Positions 45,850 through 59,699 of a stretch of DNA of 64,000 nucleotides are shown here, piece by piece; positions within the stretch are counted from its first letter, which is position 1; every line of letters begins with the position of its first letter. This DNA is from Azolla caroliniana (lineage: Eukaryota > Plantae > Polypodiophyta). The DNA is taken from NCBI GenBank assembly GCA_043228905.1, contig JBHGNT010000009.1:62001-126000 (forward strand), given 5' to 3'. The notes under the pieces were generated by a model. The model worked only from the letters and a program-made list of their open reading frames with translations. It did no database searches and was not told the DNA's origin. Both the position numbers and the translations under genes were made by a program.

Positions 45850-46302
45850 TTTAATGATGATCTGGTTTAATCTTATTTCTACATTACGAGGAGAGTTTGA
45901 AAGTCTTCAACGGCTCTCAAACGCAAGTGAAGAAGCTAGAGCTCAGTTCCTTCTAAAATGGAGTGGTTCATCGATGTTGCAGATGGTGGATGGTAAAGCG
46001 AAGTGGAATTATCAACCACCACGGTGGTTGTTCCCTCCGAGTGTACCTAACATATAGATTGGTGCTGCCATGAGAAGAGAGTGGAGGATGTTAATGTTGT
46101 ATTCGGGTTGTATGAGGCTCACATGGAGGGTATGCGTTCGGGTAATGCTATGCTCATCGATTGATGCGGTGTTTTGGAGTTGTTTTTGTTGTTTCCTTTA
46201 CACATATTGTTTTCTTTTTTACATGCAAGTTGGCCTGTAAGATATGAGTTGTATATTACCCTATGTACATTGCCTTAACTAATGGAAGTAGGAAAAAAAA
46301 AA
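45850..46302 (+). mobile_element. L1-like LINE 3' fragment with poly(A)
   Basis: C-terminus KWNYQPPRWLFPP is homologous to KWCLAPPVWLFPP of the LINE at 48310. Shared AACTAATG motif before the A-tail at ~46293-46302. No TSD found. Confidence 0.75.
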
Positions 46303-48309
46303 CTATGTAGGATGGGTAAAAACTATAAGAGAGAGAGGTAATGAGTTACAATAATTAACTCTTCCATATTTTCCTTTCCAAGAAAAATAATTGCAAATAT
46401 AAGATGTGTTGTTAAGGGTCTTCTCTATGCGTAATATAAATGTATATCCTAGGGTAGTTTAGAACTCTTAACATATGTGCTATGATTGAGTAATACATCA
46501 TTAGTGTAGATTAAGATTTCAAATAGTAACATAAATTACATAATAGTATCTTAGAAATCTTCCACAATTTATCAAGATTTTGGGTAGCAATCATGCATAT
46601 CAATTAAAAGAATATGAGTTGATTTAGAGGAAAATTATGCCCAAATAGGACATATATGTTGGATATGTTTGTGATAATACATGGGAATTGTCCAAAGAAA
46701 TACATGAACTATCTCCATACCATACATTAGGGGGGAAGAATGCAATAAATTTGACAATCTTTGCGCTTCAAAAACCTTGTGACACAAAGTAAACCCCGTT
46801 CTATGTCATCATCTTTGAAAAATGAAACAATACACTGTGCAACATTAAAGGCAGAAGGAATGTTAGCAATGTAGGAAAGGATCAATATATCAAAAAAGTA
46901 CCTCATCGGATCCATCAAACTCTTAGCTTGACATTGAATTTTGGGAGATTGTAGAGGGTTGGTTGTGGCAAATACCTTTGACAAATTTTTACGTATACAA
47001 GATTAGTGAATCATTTCAAACTTCCACATCTTTTTTTTTCTTGACTCTATATTGAGTCTTGTTTTTGACATACACAATCCAATGATTCTACATAAAACTT
47101 TGATTCTAATACTAGCATTTTTAAAGTTGGCATAGTCTCAACAACATAAAATTTTGGCCTCATGAAGATAGTCTAAGAACTTACCACCAAGAGAGAGACT
47201 AGCATCTACTGATTTAAAAGATAAAACATGTTATAATAGAGAAGTGAGAGAGGTGTGTAAGTAAAGCCTTGAACCCAAGACCTCAATGCTCATTTAGGTA
47301 GTCTACAACAATTACCACTAAGAGAGAGAAAGAGATACACCCTCATAAATTCTTTTATAAATTCTCGGTAAAGGGTAATTCGGGTCATCACTTATTTTAT
47401 GTACTACTTTTGGATATGTTTCTCCAATTAGATCTTAGAAATATCTCCACCAATTAGGGATAAAAAACCAAGGTATATACTCTCTTAATAGGCCCAATTC
47501 TTCAAAGATATTGTCTTTACAAAATATCAAAAATATCTTATATTCGTTCAAACCTTTCGAGAATTCATTGAAATTGATAAGATGGAATGGTTGTATAGGT
47601 TCTTTCCGAATATATGGATCTACGATTTTCGTATCTTCGTGCAAAACCTTTTTCCCATTCAATCCATAGTGACACCTAGTAACTTAAGAAAAATATCTAT
47701 TGCGTAAATTATATATAGAGAGGGAGAGACTAGAAGGTCATGCATCCCTACATTCCAAGGTGGCACCAACTAAATTAAGAAAAATATGTATGGTATAATA
47801 GAGATTTTTGAATGTCAATCCTTAAACCCTAGATATAGGATTAGTAATCAAGAGTTTACCACTAAGGTAAAATAATTATAATAAAAGTATATGTATATTT
47901 CTTTCCAGAAAAAGAGCCAATACTGGTCTCTTGTAAAAACTATCTATCTCAAAATAATGCATGAAAATTGTTGGAATGCACACATGTTTGTGCTCGCCCT
48001 TATTGGTAGGGATTTGCATATGCCACTTAATCTATATGCATGCCTACATGTCACCACACACTTCTCATGAATTACCTTATGCGTTGAGCATGCAAGAAGT
48101 GAGTGATATTCATACTCCACTAGGTTTTCCTTTCATATCCTCAAATTAGGATTGTGATGCTACCTCAACACCTAACTTGTGTGAGTGAGTTTGAATCAGT
48201 GTTTAAACTCTCAAAGAGCAAGGTTCTAGCATTTTTACTTTGAATGGAGGCCAACAAGTATTGTTGGCAATGCAAAGAGAAGTAGATGTTTACAAGAGTT
48301 CTAATTCAT

Positions 48310-49076
48310 TGCCAATTGGCCAATGGTTGCAACAATCAGCTGCACCGACCGCATGCATCTATTGTTGTTGTCAGATGGAGACATTGAAACATTGCTTGTG
48401 GGAATGTCATGCTGCACAGCAAGTTTGGAGGCGAGTGTTCCGAGTTCTTGCCTTTATGTTTAGGGATTGCAGTTTTTCGTGGGGTATGGTAGTATGGGCC
48501 ACAGTGGCACAAGTGGTGTGGCCATATGATGCATGCCCAAATGACACGATTATTAGAATTCAAAGAGGAAGGATAATGGCGGTGCAACAAAGTCAAATGG
48601 AGGCTCCTTACATGTTAAAGACAATGCAAGAGGTATGGGAGCTACTATGCACCACCACAATGTGGTTTATTTGGACTGCTAGGTGTTCTAAGGTGTTTGG
48701 TAATACTACTATTCATCCAGTGGAAAGTACACGGAATGTCTGGATGGAGGTGGTACATACCTTGAAAGGACAGTATGAGGATATTAAAGGTGAGACAGAT
48801 GTTGCAGTGTTGCAACGTCTCGAATTTATTGTCTATTGGAAGAAGACCCCTTTTCTCACAATACAAAATTCAAGACCTAAATGGTGCTTAGCGCCACCAG
48901 TATGGTTGTTCCCACCACCAATCACATAACTTGGTTAAGGAGTGGTGGAGTGTTGAGGGATGGGACCTAAGGAAGAATGCACCAGATCAATGGTAGCTTG
49001 ATGGTAGGTCAATTTTTTGTAATGTTGTTCATAACTAATGAAAGGGTATTTTTCCCGGAAAAAAAAAAAAAAAAAA
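48310..49076 (+). mobile_element. 5'-truncated L1-like LINE (ORF2 zf-RVT C-terminus, poly(A)) with 16-bp TSD
   Basis: CIYCCCQMETLKHCLWEC..WFIWTARC. Poly(A) at ~49059-49078. TSD AAGAGTTCTAATTCAT at 48294-48309 and 49077-49092. Confidence 0.93.
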
Positions 49077-49925
49077 AAGAGTTCTAATTCATATTATTGT
49101 TGCACAAAAACAAAATTGTAATTTCTCCTTGATATTGCTATGTCAAGTTTGAATGGGTAAGGATGTTATCCATGGTCATGAGAGATGATTAAGTTATTAG
49201 TTTTGATTGTCATCTTGTCCCACTATTAAATGGACCATATGCATCCTTTCTTGTATTTTTTATTCTATGTAGTGGTGCTTAAATATGTGTATAACGAATC
49301 AAATTGACGCCCATACAAATTTAAACGATATCTTTTAGCACCAAATGTGGTCATTGGATTTGACAATTGATATACATTGTTCACACTTGACAATGATGTA
49401 GAAGACATTCCCTTAAATGCCTTCTATCATGAGGATCAAGGCCAATGCTAATTGAGTAGCAATGCATATTGTCATATTGGCAAATTTCGAAGCATGTTCC
49501 ATTTTGTGTTATTCAAGATAATTGGTATGAGCAAATCAAACAAGCTGACTAATGCCCTTAGGCCTTAAAACATATAAAGTAAGGGCCAAGTAACAAAGTA
49601 AATTTGTGTAAATTCTGATAGTATTACCGATGTGAATATATAATCTCTACACACAAAAAGTATATACACAACAAAAATGCACTCTTAGTATTTAGCATTA
49701 TATATTATCTCTACTTTTAACTATTGGCTATATGTATACACAACACAAACGTATACTTGCCAAGAGCATGTCAAAGTATGCGTAGGTTATCTCAACATCC
49801 ACTTTAGGGTATACATACACACATGGTAAAGCAATTAGGCGTCCTAATTGAGGATCATCACCGAATATATACACAATATAAATATTAAATAACGGATGAA
49901 AACATGATTTCTCGATGTACATAAC

Positions 49926-51140
49926 TCAAGAACCACAAGAAGGGCACAAAATAAGGCCATTCTCATTACAATCAGGGCAAAGTAAAATCTCGGCATCAAT
50001 TGTGACCCTCTTACGGCTCCCATTGCAACTAATGCAAGGTAGGAACCTCACACCTCCACATATGTTGCACACCGTACTATAGTCGAGAGGCAAACCTTCC
50101 ACAAGGTTCCCTAGGGCACCGCCCTCATGTAGATGTTTCACAACTTCGGCTCCTCCAATATGTCGTCCTTTTACGAACAATTGTGGGACCGATCCCCCTG
50201 GTCCAAGCACAGTAGCTAGCTCCTCTCTGAACTTGGAATGCATCCAAACATCTCTCTCGTCAACAAGTACTCCATATCCTTTCAATATCAACCTGACACT
50301 AGCACAATCCTCGTAAGTCTTCCTTACACCGCGGAGGCTTGTAAAATACAAAACTATCTTATCTTCACATCCAAGGGGACACTTCATCTCAAAACAATCA
50401 AGGTCATTGCATGTCTCCACGAAAGTATCATTTTCAGCCATCGCGGTGGGCTCATCGAGTCGACGATAGGCATCTTTCTCCATGAAAGTAATATTTGCAG
50501 CAATAGTGGTGAGCTCATTGGACCTATGATTGTCCACATCATCGACCAACTGACCGGAATTGTTCATGCCAACATCATCCGGCAGGGTATAATGACCCCA
50601 TCCATCATCACCAGAGGAATCGTCTATCGCCCGCTCGAACGTTGCGAGAATGGAGGGGTCAAAGGTGGGGATGGGGCAATCTAGGAGTTCTTCCTCATCG
50701 GTATCAACCAAACCCTCGCCCTCCAATCCCACACTCGGATTCGATAAATCCATTGGGTCCCCCCCTGGCATTTCTGAGTTCATATAATCCAAGGTTTGCC
50801 CAGGTTCGCTGCCACAGTCATTGGGACCCGATAACAACACGAATCTTCTAGAAGGTGTGGCATTAACAGGGCTTAGAAGGCATTGCAAACCACAGGGGTT
50901 ATCCATGGATCCAGTTGATCGAAAAGAGATCGCTCGTCTTTCGGAAAGGAAATTGGACGGATTATGCCGTTTCCGTCGGCCTCCTTCGATGGCATACTCA
51001 TCTTGACTCAGGCCATTAAAAGACGATGATGACTGGAATATGTATTTCCTCTTTTCATTATTCCATCCAATTTTCTTCCTAAAGTTTATTCCTTCTCCAA
51101 GCCCCTCATCTTCACCATGCTTAGAAGAAGAGGAGCCCAT
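49926..51140 (-). CDS. Plant glutaredoxin-like (GRX_like) protein with C-terminal 4x CxxC zinc-binding domain, single exon, ~404 aa
   Basis: CPLGCEDKIVLYFTSLRGVRKTYEDC..VDERDVWMH..PQLFVKGRHIGGAE, then CNICGGVRFLPCISCNGSRK..CPDCNENGLILCPSC. The ATG at 51140 gives MGSSSSK (myristoylation-like); the ORF-track start at 51158 is GTG. Confidence 0.93.
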   Translation of the reverse strand: MGSSSSKHGEDEGLGEGINFRKKIGWNNEKRKYIFQSSSSFNGLSQDEYAIEGGRRKRHNPSNFLSERRAISFRSTGSMDNPCGLQCLLSPVNATPSRRFVLLSGPNDCGSEPGQTLDYMNSEMPGGDPMDLSNPSVGLEGEGLVDTDEEELLDCPIPTFDPSILATFERAIDDSSGDDGWGHYTLPDDVGMNNSGQLVDDVDNHRSNELTTIAANITFMEKDAYRRLDEPTAMAENDTFVETCNDLDCFEMKCPLGCEDKIVLYFTSLRGVRKTYEDCASVRLILKGYGVLVDERDVWMHSKFREELATVLGPGGSVPQLFVKGRHIGGAEVVKHLHEGGALGNLVEGLPLDYSTVCNICGGVRFLPCISCNGSRKRVTIDAEILLCPDCNENGLILCPSCGS

Positions 51141-54100
51141 CTCTAGGTCAGGATCCACACAAGTAGAATATGTATATATACAACCCTAAAAAAACACAGA
51201 GAATTTTCACAATAGTTTGCAAACCAACCTTGGCTTAAAGGATCATACAAAAGTTGAAGAGATGTGCGGATTCTTGCTTAATTGGAGCGCTCGAATCCTT
51301 CGTATCGCCACAAGAAAGAGAATTTATTTGTAGAGAAACAGAGCACAAAGAAAGTAAGATAGGAACAGAGAGAGAGAGAGAGAGAGACCCTGAAAAAAAG
51401 CTTTGAGGATCACAAAGGTTGTAGTGTAAGCAAGTACAGAAGAAATTTGATGATGGGGTGTCGTATGTATACGTATACGTGTACGTATATGTATGCGTGT
51501 GTATGTATGTATATACGATAGATAGATAGATATATTGGATGCTCTGTTTCTGCTCTGTCATGTTCTCATCATCATTTCATTTCACTTGTTAAAGGGAGAG
51601 CTTGAGAATATTATTGTTAGTGCTTTGAATAATGAAAAGTCCAAGACTTCGTTCCTAAGCCAGGTTTCACATGAAACATAGAAGTTCTCCGTGACATTGG
51701 CGTAGGTGCACACATTCATGTTGTGTTGAGGCACATACTATTTACACATTAGATTACTTCCCTAAACTATATGTTGGTTTGGCATCCAATCCTAGAAATG
51801 CATCTCAAGATGCGTTGTTGGATTATTAGTATGTGTTAACATACATCCTTGAATTGTCGAACATTGTCCACAAGTAAGGAAATGATGGCTAAGCTCGGTT
51901 TAGTTATTTCATTACGTGAATAAGCTACATATATATTCTTTTATGCTCATTGTCCGAGCCCATTGGTTGACACTCTTAGTCAGTAGGAAAAGGATGCTTC
52001 ATGGTGTTTGTTAGAATGTTCGTAGGAATCGACAATGGCTCGGGTCAAGCATAAAACGAACTGACAATTGATGAATATAAATTATAATAAACCACCCAAC
52101 AACTCTAGAGATTAGCCATTTAAGGATGAAGAATGATAGGCAAGTGGGGGGATATAGATATTCACATACATACACATGCATGTGCTCACACCTACACACG
52201 CATGCACACACACATATTGTAGATCAATAGATTATCGTGGTTTGGATGACCTCGAAAATATCATGTAACAATGATTAAAGTCAAAGAAACAAGCATTATT
52301 TCAGTTTTGACTTTTTGATTAGTGGATTTGAGCTATTATTCGCTAAAGGTGTAGACGAACCTGAAAACATTTATTAAGTCTTTGAGTGTATTCTTATACA
52401 AGTCTTGAGCCACATGGAATAAGTGCATATATTGTTGTAAAGTGTCTCGGTTTTATTTCATTGCCATGAAAACAATACAATCCCAAAAAATTGTGTGAGA
52501 GAGAACACTTCCTTATGTCGCCAACAAAGATGCACATTATTCCACTACATCATATTAGGGTATTGAAGGGGGCGTTGCTTATATAATCTTATGATTATTG
52601 TCATGATGATAATATAGAAATTAACATCACCTTCTTGAAAACCAATAAGCTAATCATTCTTGTACACGTGTTAATGCTCATTCGATGGATGTTCATTCCA
52701 TCACATACATTCATGCATATGTTCTAGTGATGTAATGCATGCAATGTGTAATGATTTAATCACTTCTAAGACATACATCTAAAAGGAGTTATCAATGTGG
52801 GCCACACTTGCTTTTACCAAATGTGTTATCTTTGACATATTTTCTTTCAACTACAACACTTATTTTGTAATGTATATATATCTACCCTATATTGGGTCTT
52901 GTTGGTGATACATTTTTGGGAATGGAATGAGTGTCGTCAATGTGAAATATTCTCAAATGTTGGTGATATTCCATTTTGAACAATGATATTACATGTATGA
53001 TCAAAGGCTACAATATTTTTCTTAATGGAAAGGTGACGTCGATATGAAATAAATATTTCAATATGTGTAGCATTCAAAGAAAGGGATATTGCAAGCATTT
53101 GGCACTAACATGAGTATCTTCCTTCTCCTAGAAGTGTGAGTGTGTCTTGAATCAAACCTCAACAATTTAGGGATAAATTAATTCAACATCAAGCACAAGA
53201 ACATGACTATTATGATACCTAAACCAAGTTGGCATGTTGTTGTAAAGGAGATGAAAACATTTCTTTATTCTAGTAGTGTATACCTTAAAGGAACATTTTT
53301 CCTTTCCAATTTCCCAAAGTTTCATGAATATTAACCTCAAAGATACATACATGTGTGAGGCATATAATAAATGTAATGAAAACTCACTGGATTAATTCAT
53401 GAGGAGCTTTGGGGAATGTAATTTCTATTATATTTATTATTATTAGAAACATCTTATAGTATATTTATATTACAATGGTATCATATTTGGAAAATTACAA
53501 TTTCAAACTTAGAATCTTGGTTATAAGAGGTCTCTTATCAAAAGCATTTGAAGATCTAATTGTCTACATAGTGTGTGCATAGCAATTAACATGTTATATA
53601 AAGGATTCAAGTTACACTAGTAGTCTAAGACCCTCTTATTATAACAAGTTTAGAAGGTTTGAACCTTATTGAAACAATCATCAAAGTTTCGTTAAACATT
53701 GAAATGAGATATGCAAAGTACGAAGTAAAGGAGATTGAATTTTTGTGGAAAAAATGACTATATTAATTATCACCTAATTACTATACATGGCAAACTATGG
53801 GGGCAAATTTTAGATAGCAACTTACATACTGTTTGTAATTTAGCGCTTCTCTTGTTCCAACCATCCATCTACGACCACCAAAAGTGTTTTCACTCTGAAT
53901 GATATATTTGGCCTTACTTCAAAAAAGAAACATGTAGATACATCGGTAAGATAGGCATATCGAGTTTAAGATTTAACATATGGTCTTGCAGGTTGATGTC
54001 TACAAGATAGGTATTAGTTTACAAGGTCTTGCATTCCCTCATCATCTCGATCTTTTTTGCTATGCATAACTAAGCATCTATTGTCAACACCAGATTGTAT

Positions 54101-56419
54101 GAAATATTATTTATTGATAGTTTATTTTATATGTTCTAAAGTTGAATGCCTACCTATGGGCCATGGCATTACATTTTGAAGTGCATCGTGGAATTTCCTT
54201 TAAAACAACACTTAAAGCCTTTAAATATATTGGCTAATTAACAACTCTTTACATATAGATTGATAATCTTACTTTATTAAAGCTCTGATATTTAAGCATT
54301 AAATTTATAAATCTTCTGCTTTGCAACCTTATATAGTGGCAATGGTTGCTAGAAGGTGGTCTTCGACAAGTTAGGTGCAACATAAAACTATTACAAAACA
54401 AGACAAGTATTTGGACATGTAAAGCTAGCATGAAGTTTTTCAATCTGGCTATGTTACTTGAAAATGAGTACAAGAGTGTATAACACAACTACAATAATTG
54501 TTGAATTGCGTATGGAGTATGAGACTTTCGTGATAGGAAAGGAATATCATAATTGCTTCTCCTCATGTTGATGAGAGAGTGAAGTGGATTGCATAAAGAC
54601 GGAACAAAAGGGATGGGCAAACCATCCTACTTCTTCTTCATCATAGATAATTATGACAAGATGATATGCCCGTATATTTTCTAAAACGTAAGATTGAGGA
54701 TCTTAAAAGGATAATAAATTGGTATGAAATATTGGAGAAGCAAGTAGTATGAATGTAAAATGTAAAATATCTTTGGATTGATCAGGGAGGATAATTTCTT
54801 ATAAGTTAGTTTTAGGAATATGTAGTGATGATTCATGAACTTGTTTACAAACATCCATCACAAACACCTCAAGAATGAAATCAGTGTGAAGCCATCAAAA
54901 TATTGGAAGAATATTGTATAGTTTTAAGGGTGTGAAATTGTAAGGTTGTTACTCTTGGAAAGTTGTGAGGTATAAGAGATCGTGTATTTCTCTTGTATTC
55001 TACATACATAAATTTGAAACACCTTGAGTTAGAGACTTGAGAATTACGTCATTAGACACCTTGTCTTAATTTCACCTTCCTTGAGGAATCTATCATCAAC
55101 TCTTACTAGCCCCTTGGTGTCTTAGTCAGACTATATAGAACATTTGCAATGTCAAGACCTTGCTTTCTTAATCAAGTAACTCAAAACACACTTGTTGCTT
55201 CATGTTTACCTCATTTTTTACATCTCTTTATAAAGGAAAACTTCATATCCATCTTGAATACTAGCCAACTTTGTGTACCAAACATTGTCAAGATCACTAG
55301 AATAAATCTAAGCCTTTTATTTGGACCAAATGATTCCTCAAAATCAACTCCCTTCTAATACACACCTTTTATTCACAACTAGTCATGTTCTAAAACCCAT
55401 CAACCTTGTACTTGGTTTTCTACATTTTATTTCTCCAAGGGGTTTCAATTTTTCTTTTTGAACTAACAAGAGAATTAGGATGGTGATTGAGGGGGAAGAC
55501 GACCAAAGCTGCATTGCTATCCAAAGAATACATTATCGCAAGGGGTATGAAGATGTTTATTTACAAAGGGGCAAGGGCTGGAGCATATTAAGAAACTATT
55601 GTGGATCATTCATTTAAGCAACAGAATGGCAACAAACAAATCAAGATGAATAAGATGATACAGGAATGGTGATGTGCAAGTTTATGCAACGAAACGATGC
55701 AAGAGTTCACTATATTAAAGATAACGCAAAATTGGAAATAAATTGAATCATGTTGTCAATAGCTCTTTGTAAATGGAAGGCAATAGATCTATTTGGGTTA
55801 GCTATTATGGTCAACTAGCTTACTGTACTGATATCGGTTCTCACTATTAGGCATTCATTCGCCTTCCTATTTGCTCACTACTATAGGATTCCTTCTGTTC
55901 AATCATGCTCATGATGGGTTGATCTCTAGAGTGTTGAGAATACACATGCTTCAGGTGTTTAATAGTGTGCGGAATCGCATGTGCAAGCTGTGGACTCAAG
56001 AGTCGTTACATGGTCATTGGCATGCCTCTTAAGGAGTTGGAGCAGGATGACTTGACTTGACTTGACTTGACTGGGTCTCTCCTTCAAGACATGCCCTTCA
56101 ACTCGAGACATTCTTCAAACGAGAAAACGGTCACCAATATTCAAACGGTCATAACGTCTGATGGTCAATACCCAAAATAAATACAAGGGAATCAGAACCA
56201 GACCTCCGTTTCCTGCTAAACCAGTCTTTTCTTTTCTTTTCAGGTGAGCGATCTGTGTGTGTGTGTGTGTGTAAAAATAGCCGGGATTTCCTTGCAGGTT
56301 AAAGAGATCCATATCTGTGTGAAAAGTTAGGGTTTGAAAGATCTGGTATATAAGCACTGCGAGGACCTGCTCCCATAGAGAGAGACCTGGGCGATCAGAA
56401 GGTTGTAGACGAGAGCATC

Positions 56420-59240
56420 TCAACAGACCAAAAGAATACTGGGATCACGAAAGCTCTCATTATTGAATGGAGGTAATGAAAGTTTCTTTCTCTCATAGTC
56501 TTCATCATCATCATCATCATCACGTTCTCTTGTTTGTGATCATTGTCATCCTCTCTATGATGATGGATCAATCAATGTATACCTGAGTATGAATCCAAAA
56601 TTCTTTCTGTTGAATTTAGTGATCACAAAATGTACGAGGTGGTTAAGAAGGTTGGATGAGGCAAGTACAGCGAGGTCTTTGAAGGTATTTACATAATCGA
56701 GAACCACACCTGTGTCATCAAGACCTTGAAACCAGTCAAGAGGAATAAGGTGCGTCAAAGAACCATAAAAATCCTTCACATGAGTTGTAATATCAAACAC
56801 GAAACCTCTAATCCTAAACACGAGTTGTATTATCAAACAAAAAACCGAAACCTTAAACATGAGTTGTATTATCAAGCCTTAGGCGATAAGCCATATACCA
56901 TGAACCATAAACAGACGAAACTATTTCTTACACTATTAAAGACTTTGGGGTCATGTATCCCTTTTGGATGGTTTCTTCACTTGTTAATTTCGCACAAGTT
57001 CTGAATGACGTGAAGAGGAAAAACTCAGCTATAATGAACATTCCATTTTCGACAAACTTTCTTCGTCATGTATTATCAAACAAACTTTCTTCGTCATGTA
57101 TTATCAAACAAAAAACCGAAACCTTAAACATGAGTTGTATTATCAAGCCTTAGGCGATAAGCCATATACCATGAACCATAAACAGACGAAACTATTTCTT
57201 ACACTATTAAAGACTTTGGGGTCATGTATCCCTTTTGGATGGTTTCTTCACTTGTTAATTTCGCACAAGTTCTGAATGACGTGAAGAGGAAAAACTCAGC
57301 TATAATGAACATTCCATTTTCGACAAACTTTCTTCTTCGGATTTTTTGATGAAAATCCGTGAAGCACATGGGTTGTTTCAATGTTAAATTCTCATATCTG
57401 GTATGCAGGGTTGATAGCACTATGGATTTTACCCCTTACATTATGCATTACAGGTGCTATGTAACACATGTGTGGTATGTGCTGTTTTATTTTCGCACCC
57501 GTTTATGTTTGTGGTCCAGGGGGGGATAGTATAATCTTTCTAATGTGTTTTTTTGCAGCATATATCTCATTTAATTACTTTTTTCCTGTTTGTTACAAAG
57601 GATTGGTTACAATTATCACTCTTTCAGATCCAGAGGGAGATTCAAATCCTACCAAATCTTTGTGGAATGTCTTGTAAGCTCTAGATTATTTCCATTCACA
57701 ATGTGTAAAACCTCAAAATGTGATAATCGATCCGACGTAAAGGAAGCTTGGCCTCTTTGACTGGGCACTCATGGAGTTCTATCATCCTGAAAATGTTCGA
57801 GTTGCGTAAGATCTGTTTCGGATTTAATCCATAAATACATTGTTCCTTGACTTGTACAAGAACTACATTACATTCTCTTGAAGAAGTACAGCTAGTCTCT
57901 TGTTTTAAGCAGAAGTTACTTGGACACTTTGCTCTTTCTGTATTTGAAGATCTTCAAGGGTGCTGAGCTTTTGGTCAATCTTCAAGATTATGACTATTCT
58001 TTGGACATGTGAGTCTTGGATGTATTATGTTTGCTGGAATGATGAGATCGGCGGAGTTCTTCTTACTTCATGCTGGAATGTTTGAGTTGTGTCAAGGTCT
58101 TTTTTGAATTTAATCCATAAATACCGCTATGTGTGAGGTTGTTTCTTGTTGACCTGTACAAGGGCTACATTACATTCTCTTGAAGAGCTAGAGTTATCTC
58201 TTGTTTTAAGCAGAAGTTATCTGGACACTTTGATTTTCTGTAACTGAAGATACTTCAAGGGTGCTGAGCTTTTGGTTGATCTTCAAGTTTATAACTATTC
58301 TTTGGACATTTATAGTCAAGTTATTATTTTATGCTGGAATCTTCGAGTTGCATCAAGGTCTTTTTTGAGTTTAATCCATAAATACTGCTATGTGCGAGAT
58401 TGTTTCTTGTTGACTTGTACAAGTGCTACATTACATTCTCTTGAAGAGGTAGAGTTAGTCTCTTGTTTTAAGCAAAAGTTACTTGGACAATTTGCTGTTT
58501 CTGTATTTGAAGATCTTCAAGGGTGCTGACTCTGAGCTTTTGGTCGATGTTCAAGATGATGACTATTATTTGGACAAGTGTAGTCTTGGATGTATTTTGT
58601 TTGCTGGAATGATGAGTTCAGCGGAGTTCTTACGTCATGCTTGGACAATTTGTTGTTTCTGTATTTGAAGATACTTCAAGGGTGCTGAGTTTTTGGGCGA
58701 TCTTCAAGATTATGACTATTCTTTGGACATGTGTACTCTTGGATGTATTTTGTTTGCTGGAATGTTGAGTTTGGTAGAGTTCTTACTTCATGCTGGTAAG
58801 TTCCTTGTTGACTTGTACAAGGGCTACATTACCTTCTCTTGAAGAGGTAAAGTTAGTCTCTTGTTTTAAGCAGAAGTTATTTGGACACTTTGATTTTCTG
58901 TAACTGAAGATACTTCAAGGGTGCGGAGCTTTTGGTTGATCTTCAAGTTTATAACTATTTTTTGGACATTTATAGTCACGTTATTACTTTATGCTGGAAT
59001 CTTCGAGTTGCATCAAGGTCTTTTTTGAGTTTAATCCATAAATACTGCTATGTGCAAGATTGTTTCTTGTTGACTTGTACAAGGGCTACATTAGGCGGAG
59101 TTTTTACTTCATGCTTGGACAATTTGTTGTTTCTGTATTTGAAGATACTTCAAGGGTGCTGAGCTTTTGGGCGATCTTCAAGATTATGACTATTCTTTGG
59201 ACATGTATACTCTTGGATGTATTTTGTTTGCTGGAATGAT
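56420..59240 (+). pseudogene. CKA: Casein kinase II alpha (CK2a) unprocessed pseudogene with internal tandem amplification
   Basis: Exon remnants: RPKEYWDHE (~56424-56472, GT donor); [29 protein letters not shown] (56620-56749, AG/GT); IQREIQILPNLCG (57628-); ALDYFHSQ..VKPQNVIID..LFDWALMEFYHP..NVRVA; and repeated [20 protein letters not shown]. Confidence 0.9.
56826..57336. repeat. Exact tandem duplication, period 271 bp, inside a CK2a intron
   Basis: The block starting at 56826 is repeated at 57097, with a short local duplication at the junction. Confidence 0.92.
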
Positions 59241-59260
59241 GAGTTTGGCAGATTTCTAAC
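57790..59260 (+). repeat. Irregular tandem array of a CK2a intron+exon unit (6 copies)
   Basis: GAAGAT(A)CTTCAAGGGTGC at 57946, 58246, 58509, 58667, 58906 and 59141. Confidence 0.9.
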
Positions 59261-59699
59261 TTCATTTCATGCGCAATGGTCTTTGGTCTTCAGATTTTGT
59301 TTTGGTCTTAAAAAGGTTGTGCCACATAAAAGAAAACATGGAGAAGACGATGACTATTTTAATCTATAACAACATATTTCATTGAACAGATTAAACTCTA
59401 TATATATATACAAACAAAATTTGCAAGGAATTTTAGATAACAAAAAGTAAGAAGATTTATGGTTTTAATCTCAAGAATAATAAAGTCTTTTATTTTTTAA
59501 TCTAGGCATTGCAGGAAACCGTAGGAAGTATTCATTAATTTTGAGAATGAACATTTTATAACAGTTGAGGCTAGTAATGAAATAGAAACCTAGGAAAACA
59601 CTGTGTGGATATGTTTTTAGTTATCTAAGTAACAAGCCAAAAATAATTTTTTGGCAGTTGATTTCGTTACGATTTCTTGTATCTATTTGAGGGAGGACT

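Noticed and set aside
46700-47700. Possible very old Gypsy RT remnant on the minus strand
   Set aside because: Only faint motif resemblance; not supportable without a search.
48240-48929. 229-aa ORF as a host gene
   Set aside because: It starts at TTG in flanking DNA and runs across the TSD into a truncated LINE ORF2.
52200-56100. AT-rich region with short ORFs and a (GACTT)n run at ~56049-56072
   Set aside because: No recognisable coding motifs or structured termini.
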